From positions 1-28,351 of the IMG/VR virus record IMGVR_UViG_3300027785_000108: a stretch of DNA of 28,351 nt. The stretch is one strand, 5' to 3'. A program made the translations under genes and the position numbers. Positions 24,806 through 28,351 of this stretch are shown piece after piece (position 1 is the stretch's first letter; every line of letters begins with the position of its first letter). The notes below the pieces were generated by a model, which had not been told where the DNA came from, did not search any database, and saw only the letters and a program-made list of their open reading frames with translations. This stretch comes from a virus (Duplodnaviria; Caudoviricetes).

Positions 24806-26014
24806 ATGAATTTTCTTCAAATTTTAGGACAAGGTATTTATAACATCGGAACGAATAGATTTACTAAAACAACTCCTTTACAATATTTTAATCAAAACTA
24901 TTCAACTACCAAAGAGGAGTATGTAAGTATTAATGATAATGAATTCGAGTTATATCGTACAACACCGCAACTTTCGATAGTTATAAATAAAGATGCTCAA
25001 ATGTTGTCAAATGGTCGATTTGTAGTTAAAAATCTTAAGGGTGAAGTACAAGAAAATCATGAAGCTTTAAAATTATTAGCTAATCCTAATCCAGTACAAA
25101 ATCAAAATAGCTGGTTAATGGATTACCAAATACAAAAAAATATCTATGGTAATCAATTTATCTATATTAATAGAGCTTATAATAGTGCTTTTCCTTCCGC
25201 TTTAGTAAATCTTAATAGTGCTTATGTTAAGGTTGTTAAGACTGGTAAATATGTAAAACAAAACAATATTGAGGATATTATAAAACGATATGAAGTAAAA
25301 GAATCGGACGGATCAATTACAACTTATGAAGTAAATGATATTATATTTTCTCAAATAGTTAACCCTAATAACCCTTTAATGGGTTTAAGTCCTTTGCATT
25401 CGTTAACTATGCCTATATCTAATATTCGTGGTGCATACGGATTTAGAAATAAAATAATAGTTAAGTCAGGTGCTTTAGGTATTCTTTCAAGTGCTTCAAA
25501 GGATGCAAGTGGCGGTATTCCATTAAACAATACAGAAAGACAAAGAATAGAACAACAACATTCAAACGATTACGGCATTCATGATGGACAAAGTTCATTA
25601 ATCATGACTGGTTCGCCTTTATCTTGGCAGTCAATGTCTTTTCCAACTAAAGACTTAATGTTGTTTGAAGAAGTAGAAGCGGATTTTAAAAGTATCATTG
25701 ATGCTTACGGACATAATGCTGACATTTACTCAAATCTTAATAATGCGAAGTTTTCAAATATGAATGAAGCTTTAAGACAAACTTATCAAAATAGAATTAT
25801 TCCTGAATCTGAGCAACTTTGCTTTAATTTATCGAATAGATTAGGTTTAACTGCTAAAGGTTTGATATTAGAACTTGACTATTCACATATCGAAGTTATG
25901 AAAGATAACGATAAACAATTAGCTACAAACTTTAAAATGAAAGCAGATGCAATTTCAACGTTATTAAGAAGCGGTTATACTAGAAGTGAGATTGATAAGC
26001 TTGTAACTCTTTAA
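24806..26014 (+). CDS. Portal protein (HK97-like)
   Basis: LLANPNPVQ, YGNQFIY, GLSPLHSL, KFSNMNEA..YQNRIIPE; start moved to ATG 24806. Confidence 0.92.
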   Translation: MNFLQILGQGIYNIGTNRFTKTTPLQYFNQNYSTTKEEYVSINDNEFELYRTTPQLSIVINKDAQMLSNGRFVVKNLKGEVQENHEALKLLANPNPVQNQNSWLMDYQIQKNIYGNQFIYINRAYNSAFPSALVNLNSAYVKVVKTGKYVKQNNIEDIIKRYEVKESDGSITTYEVNDIIFSQIVNPNNPLMGLSPLHSLTMPISNIRGAYGFRNKIIVKSGALGILSSASKDASGGIPLNNTERQRIEQQHSNDYGIHDGQSSLIMTGSPLSWQSMSFPTKDLMLFEEVEADFKSIIDAYGHNADIYSNLNNAKFSNMNEALRQTYQNRIIPESEQLCFNLSNRLGLTAKGLILELDYSHIEVMKDNDKQLATNFKMKADAISTLLRSGYTRSEIDKLVTL

Positions 26015-27249
26015 AAACTTTCTAAATAGAATGACCTTGACATTGTAGAAATACCATGAACTGAATCGGGTGCATCATCATTTTTACTACTACCATCCAT
26101 TAAATAGGTTGTAAAGTGTCTGAAAAACTTATGATAATCGCTATTAACTGGCGAATTATTTAAAAATATTACATTATCTTTTATCCAACCGCTTAACTGA
26201 AATATACGAGCCTGTTTATTTTGTGAACTGTGAACGTTTAAAAGTTGTGTGCTATTTACATAAGGTTCTAATAATGTTGAATACGTTGCGCCTACTCCAT
26301 TTGATTCAATACGACAAAACTCAGGATTGTATTTATTTAATATTTGAGCGGTTAATTGTGTGTTTGCTTGAAGACCTAAATCTGTATAAACTACGTCAAC
26401 AATATAAAGTTTTTTATCTATTATACCGCCAATAATACAACAATGATAATCACCATTCTTTGAGGTTGAAACATCAATATAAGCTAAATAATGTTCTACT
26501 TTAGATAGATCAATTGAATCGGTTAATTGTAATGTTTCTTTAGCAAATAAAACACCCTCATAACTATCTAACCAACCACCTAAAATTTCATTTTGGTATT
26601 TTATTGGGTTATTGTTTTTTATCTTATTTACTTCTTCTAAAAATGAATCTGATAAATTATCAATGTTATCTAAGTAACTTGTATGAATATAACAAGTATC
26701 TCCTTTAATTCCATTGAATCCCTCTTGTACTTCATTATCTTCAAAGAATCGTCTATAAATCCAGTGTTCTTTTAACGTTGGGTTAAGAATAAGAATAACG
26801 ATATTTTGCTTTTCTGTATGCCTAATTGATAGGTTTATTTTATCAAATACTTTCTCATCGTGTAACTCTTCAGCTTCATCTAATATCCAACAATTTACAC
26901 CGCTTAACGATTTCAGATTAGCCGTCTGTTGGCCACTAGATGTTTTAATACCACGAAATAATATTTCACCACCAGCAGAACTAACTATTTCAGATTTTGT
27001 AACTTTAAATTTATCCTCAATCTCTAATACTTCCATTTTTTCCACAAACTCAGGAATAATAGAAATATGAGCTGAAGTCATTGTATAACGAGTGAATAGA
27101 ATCTTTGAAGTAGATGCTAATATATTAAGATTAGCCCATACAGTAGCAGTATATGATTTTGACGAACCACGACCGCCAGTAATTATATAGTAACGTACTT
27201 CTTTAGGTAGTTCAAATAAATGTTGATACTTATCATTTATCTTTACCAT
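26011..27249 (-). CDS. terL: Terminase large subunit
   Basis: ITGGRGSSKS Walker A, WILDEAEE Walker B, LILNP, nuclease DDAPD. Confidence 0.95.
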   Translation of the reverse strand: MVKINDKYQHLFELPKEVRYYIITGGRGSSKSYTATVWANLNILASTSKILFTRYTMTSAHISIIPEFVEKMEVLEIEDKFKVTKSEIVSSAGGEILFRGIKTSSGQQTANLKSLSGVNCWILDEAEELHDEKVFDKINLSIRHTEKQNIVILILNPTLKEHWIYRRFFEDNEVQEGFNGIKGDTCYIHTSYLDNIDNLSDSFLEEVNKIKNNNPIKYQNEILGGWLDSYEGVLFAKETLQLTDSIDLSKVEHYLAYIDVSTSKNGDYHCCIIGGIIDKKLYIVDVVYTDLGLQANTQLTAQILNKYNPEFCRIESNGVGATYSTLLEPYVNSTQLLNVHSSQNKQARIFQLSGWIKDNVIFLNNSPVNSDYHKFFRHFTTYLMDGSSKNDDAPDSVHGISTMSRSFYLESF

Positions 27250-27583
27250 CTTTAGTTTTTACAAATTCAATAGGTTTGAAATCCTTATTGGTAACTGTTG
27301 CGTTTACTTCTGTTTGTTGTTGAGGCATTCCGTATGTTGAATCCATAAGTAATTTATAAGCATTTGAATCACCATCTTTAGCCTTTTCAATTTGCTTTAA
27401 AGTTATAATATCTTCCTGACTTAAATTCTCTATTTGATTAGTAATAGGGTTTGTTTCGTTAGTATTTAATTCTAGCCATTTTTTAGCAATAGTTGAACGA
27501 TTTTTACTTCCTTTTGGTCTACCTTCTGGATTACCGCTAACACCTTTTTCCCATCTAGGCTCTATTTGTCCTTTTCCACTCAT
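27233..27583 (-). CDS. terS: Terminase small subunit (DUF5681-like N-terminus)
   Basis: WEKGVSGNPEGRPKGS motif; directly upstream of terL. Confidence 0.8.
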   Translation of the reverse strand: MSGKGQIEPRWEKGVSGNPEGRPKGSKNRSTIAKKWLELNTNETNPITNQIENLSQEDIITLKQIEKAKDGDSNAYKLLMDSTYGMPQQQTEVNATVTNKDFKPIEFVKTKDGKDK

Positions 27584-27604
27584 TTACGTTGTATTTACGT
27601 TGTA
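27582..27604. repeat. Tandem 11-mer ATTTACGTTGT x2
   Basis: Read directly; fills the gap before terS. Confidence 0.8.
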
Positions 27605-27606
27605 AA

Positions 27607-27810
27607 TTACAAATTCAATATTATTTTCTTATTCTTCATTGCTTCAATAACCGTTTTAAAGTCGTATCTAATAAAAGCCAGTTCAACATAGTTAGGAAAC
27701 GTTACTACCCTATGCCCTACTTTAATTGTAGGCAAAGGTGAAACTAATTTACCATCAACAAAAACTGCATTTGGTATGTGCTTTTTAACTTTACTTTCTA
27801 ATTGTAACAT
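27607..27810 (-). CDS. Hypothetical protein
   Basis: 67-aa ORF in operon direction. Confidence 0.6.
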   Translation of the reverse strand: MLQLESKVKKHIPNAVFVDGKLVSPLPTIKVGHRVVTFPNYVELAFIRYDFKTVIEAMKNKKIILNL

Positions 27811-27896
27811 ATTATTTCATAAATATAATCATATTTTTTGCATCTAATATCATAGTAGACTATTAATTCTATCCATTGAAATACTTCAACTGTCAT
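27798..27896 (-). CDS. Possible 32-aa peptide
   Basis: Manual: MTVEVFQWIELIVYYDIRCKKYDYIYEIICYN; ATGA coupling, fills the gap. Confidence 0.35.
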   Translation of the reverse strand: MTVEVFQWIELIVYYDIRCKKYDYIYEIICYN

Positions 27897-28075
27897 TTAT
27901 TAGTTTTGAAGTTACTATAATTGTTCACTATGTAGATAACAAATTCTCTCATGAACACACTATCCTTTTCGCTTCTATACCATTCTTTTGCAACTTTATG
28001 AAGGTCTGATAATGTTCCATGCTTAGTTACTATGTTCTTTCTATTGGGTAGGTCTAGTATCGGTTGTATTAACAT
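27893..28075 (-). CDS. Hypothetical protein
   Basis: 60-aa ORF in operon direction. Confidence 0.55.
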   Translation of the reverse strand: MLIQPILDLPNRKNIVTKHGTLSDLHKVAKEWYRSEKDSVFMREFVIYIVNNYSNFKTNK

Positions 28076-28250
28076 ACTTTATTTTTGAGATATTAAATGA
28101 ACTTGTGGACCAGTAGTCAATTGCACCTACTTTGTTGAACTGATCACCAACTAATACAAACCCTTTGATTATATGATTATCTTCGTATGTAACTTGTATA
28201 GTCAACTCAGTAGTTTTTGATGTTGCTATTATATTTTGTTTACTTTCCAT
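28041..28250 (-). CDS. Hypothetical protein
   Basis: 69-aa ORF overlapping both neighbours. Confidence 0.55.
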   Translation of the reverse strand: MESKQNIIATSKTTELTIQVTYEDNHIIKGFVLVGDQFNKVGAIDYWSTSSFNISKIKYVNTTDTRPTQ

Positions 28251-28351
28251 GCGTTCAAACTATTAAAATACTTTTCCTCACCTTGTGGATTCACCCAACA
28301 TTTCCCAGCTAAATTGACCTCAACTTCTAACAAGTCACCGATATTAATATC
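28229..28351 (-). CDS. DUF3127-like (OB-fold, SSB-like) protein, C-terminal fragment
   Basis: Manual: DINIGDLLEVEVNLAGKCWVNPQGEEKYFNSLNAWKVNKI matches the remembered DUF3127 pattern. Confidence 0.75.
   Translation of the reverse strand, partial: DINIGDLLEVEVNLAGKCWVNPQGEEKYFNSLNAWKVNKI

Noticed and set aside
1545-26435. Short + strand track ORFs (1545, 3788, 5030, 7689, 9778, 10244, 12833, 15591, 18785, 21004, 21431, 26223)
   Set aside because: Antisense shadows of well-supported minus-strand genes, without motifs or promoters.
1-28351. Stop-codon reassignment, tRNA, rRNA, integrase or repressor
   Set aside because: Genes are intact in the standard code and none of these were recognised; lifestyle cannot be determined from this window.

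Overview
AT-rich fragment of a tailed dsDNA phage (siphovirus-like, HK97-type head). The host is most likely in Bacteroidota, probably Flavobacteriaceae-like, judged from recurring TAnnTTTG promoters, A-rich start regions without Shine-Dalgarno motifs and a DUF3127-like gene. Nearly all genes are on the minus strand. Read right to left: DUF3127-like (partial), small ORFs, terS, terL, an inverted portal (+), prohead protease, major capsid, head-tail and major tail genes, a tiny + strand two-gene insert, tape measure, tail-tip and tail fibre genes, lysis genes, an early region (ERF annealing protein, cytosine methyltransferase, DnaA-domain-IV-like protein), a repeat-rich candidate origin, a NUMOD4-HNH endonuclease and a primase-polymerase/DUF3987 replication gene (truncated, missing from the ORF track). 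Strongest leads: (1) the methyltransferase sits in an 805-bp unit with integron-cassette geometry although no integrase is in the window; (2) a two-hairpin leader with complementary loops ahead of the replication operon; (3) a candidate ~60-nt RNA antisense to early-gene start codons; (4) a candidate origin with DnaA-box-like repeats near a stand-alone DnaA-IV-like gene. All family calls come from motif recognition by eye; no searches were run.
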